NCBI RefSeq assembly: GCF_009914755.1
Contig: NC_060941.1
Direction: 5' to 3' (one strand)
DNA length: 64,000 nucleotides
Origin: the human T2T-CHM13v2.0 reference genome, Homo sapiens
Shown piece by piece: positions 28,155-42,129 of this stretch; the first letter of the stretch is position 1; each line of letters begins with the position of its first letter. The notes beneath the pieces were generated by a model. The model was not told the DNA's origin, did not search any database, and worked only from the letters and a program-made list of their open reading frames with translations. The position numbers and the translations under genes were made by a program.

Positions 28155-28456
28155 TTTTTTTTTTTTTTTTTTGAGATGGAGTCTCGCTCTTTCACCCAGG
28201 CTGGAGTGCAGTGGGTCAATCTTAGCTCACTGCAACCTCCACCTCCCGGGTTCAAGTGATTTTCCCTGCTTTGGCCTCCCAAGTGGCTGTGACTACAGGC
28301 ACCCACCACCACACCTGGCTAAGTTTTGTATTTTTAGTAGAGACGGGGTTTCGCCATGTTGGCCAGGCTGGTCTTGAACTCCTGACCTCATGTGATCGGC
28401 CCGCCTTGGCCTCCCAAAGTGCTGGGGTTACAGGTGTGAGCCACCACACCTAGCCC
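28155..28456 (-). mobile_element. AluSx-like
   Basis: Antisense dimer; TSD CACATCTCTT. Confidence 0.94.
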
Positions 28457-29660
28457 ACATCTCTTACTTTTTTTTTTAACTTTACAATCTGTGAGATTCA
28501 TGGTGACAGTATTATTATTTATGTGATTCGAGTGATAAAGTGAACAGCAAGTGTGATTCTTTCATGGTCACATAACCTCATTGAGGATATGTCCACAATT
28601 ATAATCCACATCACTGAAACTTGGGTTTGTTTTCTCTTCCCAGAACATAAGGTTCTATTTAGCTTATGCCATTTTGGCCACCCCTCTCCAAGTAAAAGAA
28701 GCACCTTTCCCAAGCTATACTAAGAGAAATAATAACCTGGAAGTGCCTTGGCCTCCTGACCTTAAGGCACCCTTGTAGATGTTGACAAGCATTTGCCAGG
28801 ATAAATGAAAAGGAGAGGGTGCCCATCTCCCCCTCTTCTCTTTTCATGTCCTGTGGTTATTATTCTGTGATGCAGGTATTTCAGCCCCTGCTGTACCAGG
28901 CAACAGGATTAGACAGGTTAGTGGAGCATCAGATTTCCGACTGTTAACTTTTTCACTTTTCTTCTCTGCACGTAGGCTTGAGAACTGACACCAAGACAGG
29001 AAGAGGGAAAGTGATAGAGGCAAAACGGAAGATTAAAAGCTGATAGACAACTCAGAGAGCTAGAGGGGGAGTCAGAAAGTATGAAGGCAGAGACCTCAAG
29101 GGATCTGATGCAGTTAATCAAATAGTATGACCTTGTAGCTATGTCAGTGTCTGACCTGGGGGAATCTGAAGGAGGGAGGGGAGGAGAGATTTAGATAGAA
29201 ACCACACATGAGGAGAGTAAAAGGAAAGTAAGTCTTATTAAAGGTGGGAGAGTCAGTACTAGCTGTTGAAACTTATGCATCCCATTTCTTGGATGAGAAA
29301 TAGATAGCATTTATTGAGCTAATGACCATGTAATTAAGCTCCAATGAGTTAAGCTTAAGCTGTAGCAGGGATAGAGCAGAGGAAATGTACCGAGAAAGGT
29401 GCTTCACCAAAAACAAAGTTGATTAAAAATGAGATCAAATGATCCAAGAGTGCATTAGAAGAGAGAACTCAATTTATTATCCAAATGAAAGGCTGAGATT
29501 GACTCCTGATAGCCCTCTTAAACATTAAATTCCACAATTGCCATGAGTAGGAGATGGCCCTCAAGCAGTCATGGGTCCTATGGTAAGGTCACGCTAAAAG
29601 CTGAAAGGACCTGCAGATGGTCAAGTTCAATTTCTTCAGTATCATGAGGAAGAAGGGCAC

Positions 29661-30041
29661 TGATATGGTTTGGATTTGTGTCCCCACCCAAATCTCATGT
29701 CCAGTTGTAATCCCCATTGTTAGAGGAGAGGCCTGGTGAGAGGCAATTGGATCTTGGGGGTGGGTTTCCTCCTAGCTGTTCTCATTATAGTGAGTTCTCA
29801 TGAGATCTGATTGTTTAAAAGTGTGTAGCACCTCCCCCTTTGCTCTCTTCCTCCTGCTCTTGCCATGAAAGACGTGCCAGCTTCCCCTTCACCTTCCACC
29901 ATGATTGTAAGTTTCCTGAGGCCTTCCCAGAAGTAAAAGCCTGTGCAGCCTGAAAAACCATGAACGAATTAAACCTCTTTTGTTTATAAATTACCTAGTC
30001 TCAGGTAGCTCTTTGTAGCAATGCAAGAATGGACTCTCATA
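29661..30041 (+). mobile_element. MSTA-type MaLR solo LTR
   Basis: TGATATGGTTTGGATTTGTGTCCCCACCCAAATCTCATG...ATTAAACCTCTTT...; TSD GGCAC. Confidence 0.92.
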
Positions 30042-30049
30042 GGCACCAA

Positions 30050-30250
30050 ATTTGGAGTGATACACTGGGTTTAGTTCCTGAATCTCTCTTTCACTTGCAA
30101 TGTGACCCTTGGGCAAACCATTTAAGCTTTCTGATCCCAATTTCTCCATTGCGTATGACACAGATACTGATGTTCAATGTGAGCATCATACCTATGGAAT
30201 GTGAGCAAGATTACTCAGTGCCAGAAGGTACTTTGTAAGCGTTGGCAGTA
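30050..30250 (+). mobile_element. MIR
   Basis: TGTGACCCTTGGGCAAACCATTTAAGCTTTCTG. Confidence 0.6.
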
Positions 30251-30902
30251 TTCAGTTGAGAATGCTGAGACCCAAGAGATGAAATGATGCTCAAATGGTT
30301 ACTTAAATAGTCAAGACCAGAACATGGGTCTCATGGCTAATGTCCCTTCCTAGTTGAGAATACAGTCTCAGGTGTAACATTATAAATGTTACTGTGTGGT
30401 GATTTGTTGAGACACTCCCATTTGCCCTTTGGATTGAGCAGTGAACAAACCCCAACTCCATTGCCAACTCATTTTCTTCCCACTTATCCTGAGAGCACAG
30501 AAGAACAGTGCTTGCCCCAGAAATCATTACGGCAGCTTGCCCCAGAAATCAATAGGGCCGCTTCCCATTGTCCTTTGGGAACCCTCTATTCCACTCTAAC
30601 AGCAAGCAGGCAGTAATAGGTAGCACAAAAAGCCATAGCCCCTAGGCTACCAGGGTCAGAACAGAAATCTGCAGGGGTGCAGACAACCACTGTGAGCCTG
30701 AGGAGTTGGCACCATCTTAAGAAGAGTATTAGACCAGTCACATGCACTTAGTCTTTCTTCTTAAGCTCCTCAGAAGACTGTCTGGTGTCACCCAGAAGCC
30801 AGCTAAGCCATAAATTCACCCATTGGGTGAGCCCTAGCAACCTGTCTAATCCTGCTGGGAAACAGTACATCCGGCCCTTGACAGCACTCTCATGACTGCT
30901 TG

Positions 30903-31057
30903 CTGAGAAGCGGTATTTTAAATAAAGAGAGAAAAAAAAAACACCCTATTGTTTTACTCTGGTAATTGATAGCAAGTTTCTCATGAGTAATTTTATAGCA
31001 CTCAGGGTGTGCCGGAGTTTGATTTAACTTCTCTTTACAGGAGCTTCAAACCTGCAG
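30903..31057 (+). other. Unassigned element, copy B (paralog of 24672-24830)
   Basis: Shares CTGKTAATTRAYAGCAAG, TCATGAGTAAT, AGGGTGTG and a pyrimidine tract ending in CAG/G with copy A. Confidence 0.75.
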
Positions 31058-31262
31058 TACAAACATGGTTTTGAATGGGATGAAACATGCTTCAAAGATC
31101 CATATAGATATTGACATTTCCTATTTCTATGGCCCACATATTAGAGGCCTTTCTCTCCACTTCTTCTCTAAATGTCCCCTTCACATATTTGAGATCCTGA
31201 AAGATCTCAACGAATTTTGGTTCTAGCATGTAGGTATCTATTTAATACATGTATTCTGGCAA

Positions 31263-31871
31263 TTTTATTTTATTTTTATTATACTTTAAGTTCTGGGGTA
31301 CATGTGCAGAAAGTGCAGTTTTGTTACATAGGTATACACGTGCCATGCTGGTTTGCTGCACCCATCAACCCGTCACCTACATTAGGTATTTCTCCTAATG
31401 TTATCCCTCCCCTAGCCCCCCACCCCCCAAGAGGCCCCAGTGTGTGATGTTCCCCTCCCCGTGTCCATGTGTTATCATTGTTCAACTCCCACTTATAAGT
31501 GAGAACATGCAGTGTTTGGTTTTCTGTTCTTGTGATAGTTTGCTGAGAATGATGGTTTCCAGCTTTATCCATGTCCCTGCAAAGGACACGAACTCATTCT
31601 TTTTTTATGGCTGCATAGTATTCCACGGTGTATATGTGCCCCATTTTCTTTATCCAGTCTATTATCGATGGACATTTGGGTTGGTTCCAAGTCTTTGCTA
31701 TTGTGAGTAGTGCCACAATAAACATACATGTGCATGTGTCTTTATAGCAGAATGATTTATAATCCTTTGGGTATATATCCAGTAATGGGATTGCTGCGTC
31801 AAATGGTATTTCTAGTTCTATTTCCTTGAGGAAATGCCACACTGTCTTCCACAATGGTTGAACTAATTTAC
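31263..31871 (-). mobile_element. L1PA 3' end (~0.6 kb, 5'-truncated; L1PA6-8-like)
   Basis: TTATACTTTAAGTTCTGGGGTACATGTGCAG...; ORF2 C-terminal remnant (MWKTVW...AIPLL.IYPKDYK...WNQPKCPS) in the ORF track. Confidence 0.95.
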
Positions 31872-31875
31872 TTTA

Positions 31876-32523
<648 letters not shown>

Positions 32524-34071
32524 ACTATAAGAGAAGGAAGGAAGTCCAGTCAGTGCTCAGGAGTAAACCCTATTCTACTTTACTCTTGCTTTTGTACCCC
32601 AATTATTCAATCAACAAACATTTATTAAGTATTCAATATGAATAATGGGCAATGGAAGATGCAAAGATAAATCAGATATGAAGAAACATGATAACAGCAT
32701 TTTCAAAAAGAATGTGATGGATGGGCCTTTGAAAGATCTCGTTCGACCACCTCTGCTATTTAAATAAGAAAACAGGGATTGAGGTAAATTAGGTGGTTGG
32801 TCTCTGAACATAGAACACCATACAACTCTTCCAGTTTGAAGTCCCTTAAGTAGAATGTAAGCATGGACTCCAATAAACATTTGGCCTAAAGAAGAAAAAA
32901 TGGTTCTATATATAAGTGCCATGAGCCAAAGGTATCTGCAAATATTCCCAAAGTAGGGGATTTCAAATCCCATGATTTTTAGGGAAGGGCAGAAATGAGG
33001 ACTGCATATTTCGGGGAAAGACATCAAAGAGGAAATTTGATGAGCCAGAGGTCCTGCATTGAGGAAGACATTGAGTTAGATACTCAAACCTGGTCTCTGG
33101 GCCAAGAGGAAACAGGCCTCTGGTTGCAGCATTCAAGTCTACTTGGTAACTTCCACTACTTGGTACGGCCATGGGAATGCCCTGGAGTTGACAAGAGACA
33201 CTGCCCTTGATCTCTCACAGTGGACACTCAGTGCCTTCACAGATTCACAGCTGAGCTCTTCATGGCTTTATTTATTTACTTCATTGCTTTTGATGAGTTG
33301 CTTATACCTTAAGTAGGGATTATTCGTTTAGTAATGGGATTTTTCTTCTCTCCAGCCCTGGGAGAGCTTCTTCATCCTCAGAGCTTTCAGTTATGGCCTA
33401 TGGACTGGTGGTTCCCATATTTATAAGTCAAGTTCTAAACTTTTGTTCGAGCTTCATCCCTCATACCCCAGCTGCCTGTTGGGTGGTTTTCATTAGTCCC
33501 TAAACATTCCTCTGAACCTTATTATATCCAGGTTGTCTTCTCTCAAACCAGCTTCCCCTCTCAATTTCCCTATATCAGTCCATGAAGCCATTTTACATTT
33601 TTTTCACCTCCTCATTCCCATACTGTTGGGTACTCAGTTTTGAAAGCATGGAACTTTTTCCCTCTCCTTTTCACTTCTCGTAGCAATAAGTAACTAAGAC
33701 ATGCCCTTTTTCTTTGAAATGTTTATCTATTCTTTTCTTTCCCTTTCTATTTGCTACCAATATAGATGAAATAGATTTTACCCCTTCTGGTTGAATTTAC
33801 AGTCGTCTAACTCCAAGGCCCTAGTCATTCCCTCTTCCAATCCATCCATATGATTTCTATACCAGGCTGTGCCACTTCAGTTGTTTTGTTGAAAACAAAA
33901 CAACAAAACAAAACAAAAACAGATGCTCTGGACACTGTATTTCAATAAATTCTCTCTGACATGGTCAGAAACTATGACCCATTTGCTGTTAGTGGCCACT
34001 CAAAGCAAGTAAGTCTCTGCAATCACAGCATGTTCTGGGTTCATCCACAATCTCCTCATCAGCCACAGTAG

Positions 34072-34393
<322 letters not shown>

Positions 34394-35869
34394 AATACAA
34401 CACTATTAAGTATCTATCACTATACGCTTTTCATGGAAAAGAAATCTTCCATTGACATCTAAAATCCTTATCAAAAAGTGATTTCCAGCTTCCCCATTAA
34501 TATGAGGTACAAATAACATTCAATGTGCCTTAAAATCTGTTTGGATATATATCATTGCCTATATATATTTGAACATTAATGGAAATAATCATATAATTTG
34601 GAAAAGAGAGAAGTGAAATGCATGTCTCTTTTAGACAAAATTGGAGGTAGCAAGTAGAGAAAAACATGAAAAGGGCTTTAAAAAAAGGTGGTGGCAGGGA
34701 GGTAGGCACTGCCTGTTTAAGACATGGGCACTACCCATTAGTGTGTTAGAACCTGTTGTTAATGGAAAACTCCCAATCAATAAAGTGGTTTTGCCTAATT
34801 TTGCATTTCGGAAAAAAGTATTAGAGACTCCCCTAAGCCAGGCTGTTTCAGCAGGGCCCTGTCAAACTCTGCACTCTCTCCACAGGGTAGAGTTCTTGGA
34901 CCCCTCCCCATTTTACTCCAACAAGGCTGTCCACCTTCCCGTTGGCCCTGCTGAGCCCTGCAAATCACTCTAGGTGCACCTGCCCCCAGCCCACCAGCCC
35001 AAGAACCACAAACCCAGCTGAGGGGACGAGTGGGATTACTGCAAATAAAGTAAAGATAATCCCAGGCAAGAACCTTTTATCCAGGAAAAGACTCCATCAA
35101 ATCATCCTCACAGCTCCTCACAATCTCCTCTTAATAACTTGCATGCCAGAATGTTACAAAGATTAAACCTGTTGAGGAATGTGATGCTTTGTAGCCCCGG
35201 CATGGAGTGCTTTGAGCCAGGGGAGGAGGGGCAGGTGGAGGGCGGTGGGTAGCAAGGAAGAAAAGAGGAGAAGAAAGCAAGACAAAAGAGAGTACACTCT
35301 GCAATCATTCTGCTAAAAGCCTTTGTTCAGCCGGCACATTATTTGGTGATCTAGACGAGGCATAATAAGGCACTTTATCTGCGCAGTTTATTGTGTGTGT
35401 GTGTCATAGGTCTACGTGTATATTACTGACTGTAAAATATATATAATATGTGCCAAGAGAGAGAAGAGAGAGTGTAAACGATCTGACTCAGTGAGCATTT
35501 GCTTTGTCGGAGGCAAGCTGGTCTTCTGCACCAAAATTGTGATTCTCATGTTAAATCAAGCAGTGATATTTGAGAAAAGGCCATTTCATGAAGTCCAAAT
35601 AATTTTAAGATAATAATAAATGGCTATACTAATTCCTGTCTTCAAGAGCCTGGACAAAGAGCAGTAATAAGACTCTACTGGACATCAAGCATAGAGTTTA
35701 TTTTCTGGAAGTTCAATGGGTAGCAGAGAGATGGGGCAAGACAACGCCCAGATTAGTATTGAAATGTGACATTACTGCATGTTTACTTCCTGCTTGCAGA
35801 CCTGCTGGAGCAAACTTGCTTACTTTTATGTTTTCTGAAACATGTTCTTTGTTAATGAAATATTCACAG

Positions 35870-36060
35870 AGAGTCTTCCACAGTAGAATAAGGTTTGAGT
35901 TAGACAAACTTGAGTTCAACTTTTGTCTCTGCCCCTTTGAGTCATGTGAACCTCTCTGACTCTCAGTAAATTCATTTGTAAAATGGAAGAGCAATACCTA
36001 CTGTGGAGGTTTTGTGAAAAGTGGAGATAATGTATGTACCCAACACACTGCACATGGTAG
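35870..36060 (+). mobile_element. MIR
   Basis: AACCTCTCTGACTCTCAGT...ATTTGTAAAATGG...AATACCTAC. Confidence 0.65.
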
Positions 36061-36687
36061 GACCAACGGTTTATCATTTACAAGTATGCAGTTGGAGAGT
36101 GATTTTGTCCAAGCCTCCAAGATAATCCTTTCTACCTACTGCAAAATAGATGGGATGGAACCATGCCAAGGGGATAAGTTGCCGAAGGGGATTAGCTCTC
36201 TCTGATTGCCTTTGGGAAGCCATCTTAACCCCCTGTAGTACCCATGAAAGAAAGAAAATGAATTCTTATCAATCAAATTATTACAGAGCCCCAGAGGGTA
36301 TATTATATCTCAGTAATATAATTCCTTTAAAAGGGGATTTGCCAGGTGGCATCAAAATTAGTTAATTTATACCTCCGTAAGGAAAACGGGGAGAAAATAG
36401 GAAGCATCCTCAGGATCATTCATTGCCTCTGATCATTGTTGTTTGCAGTATATAGTGTAGAGGCCTAGATTTATGTACGACCGAGTCTGTGGTCTCTCAC
36501 TGACCATCTGAGTCACTTCCCGGTCACCCTAAGTTGAATCTCTACAGCCATTCATTTATCTAAGCATTCATTTATTCACTCATATAGCAACTGTTTTTTG
36601 TTTTTGTTTGTTTGTTTGAAGGATACCACTGGAGGTTATGATGCATACAAAGAAGTGAGAGGAGGGAATATCTGCCTGGAGCCCACC

Positions 36688-37052
36688 TGTATTAGTCTGT
36701 TCTCACACGTTAATAAAGACATACCCAAGACAGGGTAATTTGTAAAGAAAAAGGTTTAATGGACTTGCAGTTCCACATGGCTGGGGAGGCCTCACAGTCA
36801 TGGCAGAAGGTGCCTTCACTTTCTGCAAAGGCACATCTTACATGGAGGCAGGCAAGAGATCATGTGCAGGGGAACTTTCCTTTACAAAACCATCAGATCT
36901 CATGAGACTTATTCACTATAATGAGAACAGTACAGGAAAACCCATCTCCATGATTCAATTGCCTCCCACCAGGTCCCTCCCATGACATGTGGGGATTATG
37001 GGAGCTACAATTCAAGATGAGATTTGGGTGGAGACACAGACAAACCATATCA
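36688..37052 (-). mobile_element. THE1-type solo LTR
   Basis: TGTATTAGTCTGTTCTCAC...CAAACCATATCA; TSD CCACC. Confidence 0.93.
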
Positions 37053-37639
37053 CCACCCTTAAAACAATAATAGACAATTTTGACAAGTCTTATAAATCTT
37101 ATCCTACATAGTCATTGTTGCCTTCAGCCATGTGGACATCCACGAAAAATCATCAAATACAGGAGTAGACAGAGGGATGTGAAATGCAACTTTTTCTTAA
37201 GCAGTATTGGAGGTACTAAGAGGATAAAAAAAAAAAAAAAAAAAGGTCAAAAACAAAGGAAGCTTCCTGTTTAATACATGGTCATTGCCTTCAAGAGATA
37301 TTTTATTTAGTTGAGAAAACAGGGCATATGAACATGATCACTTAAAGTAACAATTAAGAAAAGTCAAAGTACTTTTCTTTCAACTTTTCTGGAGGTTCAA
37401 AAATTTTCTTAAAAAAATCACAAAACGCATGTATTAATTTTATCATCAGTGTCTCAAATAGAGTGTTTATTAATAAAAGAGTTCAAAGCAAGGAATTGTT
37501 CTCTCAAACTGGAACAGAGAGGAAGTTCTCTGTGAAAGAAAAGAACTTGGGTCTTTTGAGGTAATATATTGATTATCATGATTATTGGTAAGATAAGTAA
37601 CTTTCCTTTCTGAAGTATATATGCTATTCCACACATTGG

Positions 37640-37835
37640 GGTATGTACTTAATCCAAACTGCCCCATGTGATCCTCATAATAACTTTGCAACATGAGTTT
37701 TGTTACTCCATTTTGCAGAGAAGAAAACTGAGGCTCAAAGATGTTTTGTGAGTTCAAGGTCTCACAGCAAGTTGTGGGTGGTAAAGCTGGGATCTGAACC
37801 TGGTTCTGTGTGACTCCAAGGTCAGTGTTCATTCA
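37640..37835 (-). mobile_element. MIR
   Basis: CCATTTTGCAGAGAAGAAAACTGAGGCTCA...CAAGGTCTCACAGC...GGGATCTGAACC. Confidence 0.8.
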
Positions 37836-37961
37836 ACTCTGTGATAACGTCTCTCTGACAAGTTTCTTAGAGATTTAGATGAGATATCAGGCAAGGGAGG
37901 CAAGTATGCACCATAGCACAGTGATAAAAATATCCATAGCCTGTGAGGAAAAATAGTTGAC

Positions 37962-38505
37962 TGTAGCAGTGGTTATTGGTTGTTCCCAATACCCTTTGTC
38001 ACCTTCTTGCTTTAGTAATAAAACCCTGAATCTCAGCCAGATACAAACATGGCCAACCACAGTTCAAAAAAGAAAAAAAAAAAAAGAAAGAAAGAAATTT
38101 CCCAGCCTCCTTTGCACCTGGATGTGGTCATGTGACTACATTTTGGCCAATGAGATCCAAATGGAAGCCATATCTACAATTTCCAGAAAATGTTCTTAAA
38201 GGGAAGGACTGTGTCCTTCTTCACTCCTGCCCCCCTTCTTTTGGCTGTACTGTGGATTTGTTAACTGGATCTGAATTGGCCAATCATGAAGGTGATCTTG
38301 GGAATGGAGGTCACCCAAAGTAGACCAACAGGAAAGCAGGAGCCTGGGTCTCTGAGCCCTTGGTGGAGCAGAACTGGCATTGCTGTCCTGGGCTGCCTAT
38401 ACCTGGTTTTTAAAACAAGAGTGAAATAAGCTTCTGTGCAATTTAAGTCGCTGTTATTTTGGATTATACTGTTATTGGCAATTGAACCTAATCCTAATTA
38501 ACACA
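37962..38505 (+). mobile_element. Old MLT1-type (I/J) LTR
   Basis: TTTCCCAGCCTCC...GGTCATGTGACT...TGGCCAATGAGAT...GGAGCCTGGGTC...TTTAAGTCGCTGTTATTTTGG. Confidence 0.75.
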
Positions 38506-38539
38506 TAGTTTATGTTGACTTAAGCCAAGAGTTTTCATA

Positions 38540-39500
38540 GGTATCAGTGGGAAAAACAGGTTGGGAAGACATGGAAATCATGGAGAACTTCTCAAGTCAA
38601 GTTAAGGCCTGTGTCACCTATTTCGTAGGCTTTCTGAGTAGACCAATATAATGCAAGCGGCATTTCCAGAATACTTAGGCTGTGTGGTATAGAGTATCAC
38701 AGTCTGGAAAGTTGATGAAGGAGTGAAAACATTTGAAAAACTACTCCAATAAGCCAGGTGTGAGGTGTTCAGGGTCTCACAAAGGAAGCAGGACTGGGTG
38801 GTCAAGATTTGAAGCTGTAGCACTTGGATATTAAGTCAATTGTGAGGGTTGGAATACAAGGTAGTCAAAAGTAATTGAGATTTCTCCCTGAAGAGGCATG
38901 GGACATTGGCAAAAGCTAAGAAAGCAAAAGATGAATGGAATATCAAAGAGGGACACAGACTTCTATTTTAGACTTGTGGAGCTAGAGATCATGCCACTAC
39001 ATCTAGAGAGATACAGCCAGGATAGATATGCATGCCTGTAGCTTGTTAAATGCAAAGCTTAAAAATACAAGTTTAGACAGTGGTAAGCATACAGGAGAGG
39101 GTTGAAATCCTGACACTAGATGAGTTTCTCAGAGAATATGATATAGGAATAAGACCCATTTGTAAGCATAAAAAAGAAAAGAGGCAGCAGAGACAGAGAA
39201 GCGGTGATTAGGAGGAAGAAGGTAAATCAGTATGGTATATCATCCTAGGGTCCAAGGAAAGAGCTTTCATCAACTGTGGTATGTGCCAGAGAAGAAGAAA
39301 AATAAATAAGAAAATGTTTGAGTTTGGCACTGAAGAAGTAGGTCATTGTTGACCGTTGGGTGACAATATCACTACAAGGCAGGGAGCGGGAAGCCTAGCT
39401 TCAGAAGATTGAAGAATGAATGTCTTATAGGGGAAGGGAGGTACATTTGAGAAACTTGAGTGTGAACTGAAACCATTCAAAAGTAGCTAGAAGATCAGCA
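38540..39500 (-). mobile_element. Degraded L2
   Basis: Purine-rich antisense L2 motifs (TGGAAATCATGGAG, TTCTATTTTAGAC, GGTCATTGTTGACC). Confidence 0.5.
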
Positions 39501-39883
39501 TCAGAAGACAATAGTGTCACCATCTTTAATGGAATAGGACGGTCCTGTATAGGTTAGTTGGTAGAGATATAAACTGGAGGAAGCCACCCCTCTAAGCCAT
39601 CATATCTCCATGAGTCAGTGAAGATACTATCTACCATGTGGGATCACTGCAAAAATAATGTGGTATGAAGATACACAGCACAGAGCATGGCGGGTAGTAA
39701 TGACCCATTAAGCATCTATTATTTTTTGTTGCCTTCAGATTATTTTTCCTGATATATGCTGTTTTTTTATACCAATCTAATAGCCCCTCAAGTGAGTGTC
39801 CCCTGTGTTTGTGGACATTAGATGAGAGCTCAAGGTAAGCCCATCCCAACCTTTTTTTTTTTTAAGTCCCTTGGGATCCCAGA

Positions 39884-39967
39884 GAGTCTCAGATTGTACA
39901 GCAGCAGTCTCAGATTGTACAGCAGATTGTACAGTCAGATTGTACAGCAGAGTCTCAGATTGTACAG
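39884..39967 (+). repeat. Irregular tandem repeat, 5 x CAGATTGTACAG
   Basis: Copies start at 39890, 39911, 39923, 39936 and 39956. Confidence 0.92.
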
Positions 39968-40082
39968 TAGACCTATCAGGGAGGAAGAGAATGCTCAAAA
40001 GTAGTGACTTGAATAGTTTCTGTTGGTCTACAGAACCCGCAGAGCATATGATGGGCCTCCCAAGTAACAGAAATACCAAAAG

Positions 40083-40225
40083 CAATAGCTAGACCATATG
40101 CTAAGCCAACACAATAACCAGATCATGTGCTAAGCCAATACAATAACCAGACAATTGTATTGTGCTAATACAATAGCCAAACCATGTGCTAAGCCAATAC
40201 AATAGCCAGACCATGTGCTAAGCCA
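40083..40225 (+). repeat. 29-bp minisatellite, ~5 copies
   Basis: Unit CAATAGCCAGACCATGTGCTAAGCCAATA. Confidence 0.92.
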
Positions 40226-40229
40226 GGAC

Positions 40230-40420
40230 CGGCTTTATTTCATTTAACCCATCCCATGATGTTAGTAGAATTTCACACATGAGAAATTTGAGGCTCAGAA
40301 GGGCTTAACAGTTGTCATTTGTTGCAGTTCTCATGTGAGGGAGAGGAGGGTTTTCAGCTCATCTATGTCTGGAACTCATGTGATCTGCCACCACTCTCTA
40401 GGCCTCTTTCTGCTTCAGTG
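40230..40420 (-). mobile_element. MIR
   Basis: CATTTAACCC...ATGAGAAATTTGAGGCTCAGAA. Confidence 0.55.
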
Positions 40421-41349
40421 TTTTTGAGACCGAGAAATTGACCTAGCACTCTGGGGTACTTCCATGAGCACTCAACCAGGAGGCCAAAAAAAAAAAAAAA
40501 AAAAAAAAAAACTAACATCAGCCCCGACTCAGACTGGGGAAGGAGGGTCACAGGATGACAGTGATACTAGCACAGCTAGGGTCAATGGTAGCCAGTGTAA
40601 AAAGAATGAGCCTGTTTCTAAACAGGGAGGGTGAAGAGGTGGCCAGTGGCCCAAGGGCAGAAGACAGATCACGGGCCTGTCACCCCCTTTACCCCAAAGC
40701 ACTCAGATACAAAATTGGAACAGACCCATGGGCCACAGCTTGAACCTCCAGCCTGGCAAACCCCAACACATTTCTCGACTTTCCCAGTGCCCTCTTCAGC
40801 CACATAAAGCCACTACTTCACGGAGACAAAGAGAGCTCCAGCCTTCACACAACCGCAGTAATTGTAGAGGTGGCCGGCCCCCCAAGTGACTCCACCCAAC
40901 TCAGACACCTCAGAACTGCTACTCTGTAAAGCACACCCAAAGACTGTTACCTCTCTAAATGAGGTGAGCTCAAGATGAAAGACCAAGGCGATCATTTTAG
41001 ACGGGCTTATGCGTAATTACGCATTCATCAGTCAGAGCTTTAATTACCCGAGATAAAGGTACCATTAGTGTTTCGGGGAAAACTGGCTCCAGCAAAATGC
41101 ATTTCTTTTGTCTCCAAGCCAGTGACAACTAACTGTTATCCTTGGAAGGGCTTAGCAGACAGACTCCAACCTAAGCCATAAAAGGCGATGCCACTGAGCA
41201 AGCTGCAGCATTCGTGGGAGATGTGGCGCAGTCTGGAAAGCCCACAAGAGCTCCGGAGACAAGGGCACATTTCCCTGAGTGAGAGTCACATCAGGGACAG
41301 AGAAATAGAGGACCGAAATGAAGGGGACGGGGGAAACTTAGGAGCCTCA

Positions 41350-41487
41350 CTTAGAGTATCACCTTGCAACTCCCTGGCATGAAATGCAAGATCTCAGGTT
41401 CCACCCACACCTACTAAATCAGAATCCGTATCTTCACGTGACCCCCCCAGATGGTTCACATGTGCATTAAAATGTGAGACACGTTGC
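41350..41487. mobile_element. MER5A-like
   Basis: GAAATGCA...ACCTACTAAATCAGAATC...CCCCAG...TGTGCATTAAA.TGTGAGA. Confidence 0.65.
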
Positions 41488-42129
41488 TTTCAGGGGCTCC
41501 GTACCCAAGGACAAGATCCCTGCTGTTCGTTATTTCAAACAAAGAGCTGGAGTTTGCTCACCTCTCCTATTTATCTGTGTGTGTTACAGAGAAAAAACTG
41601 GAGGCAGAACAGAAATGTGTGCGGTGGGGGGAGGAGTGTTTTTCTTTTCTTCTCCTTTTTTTCAACATCTGGCAGTAGAAATAGCTTTTCCCTTCCAGTG
41701 TTGCTTTAAAAGGTAAACATCATTGAATGGGGGCAAAGTGGGGCGGAAATAAGACCATAAAACACACACAATGCCAAATTGAAATGATTAACAAAGCTAA
41801 GAGGCACAGCATCCCCTGGTGCGGTGTGAGATGCGACAGACAGGTCAGGGCAAACACTAGTGAATCCGTTTCAGTACCTCCCGCCTAAGGGCTGGAACAG
41901 GCAGCAACAGAGAGAAAACCATTTCACAATGAGAAGAGGAAACTGTCAAGAAAGCAACCTCCGAAGAGGGGGGACAAGGTGAGAAGGAATCATATGGGGA
42001 GAGAAATTCTTTGGGTGGTGAGGTTACAGGTGTGGTGGGCTGTGACAGTGGTATCCAGCTCTGAACCACAAGATTGGATTTGCAGCCATAACTCCCAGGC
42101 ATCCAACCCAGAGCTCTGAATAATTAACC

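Noticed and set aside
31594-31854. 86-aa ORF similar to the L1 ORF2p C-terminus
   Set aside because: Real homology, but part of a 5'-truncated dead L1PA; not a gene.
40083-40225. CRISPR-like appearance of the 29-bp repeats
   Set aside because: Head-to-tail units without unique spacers, in primate DNA with no cas genes.
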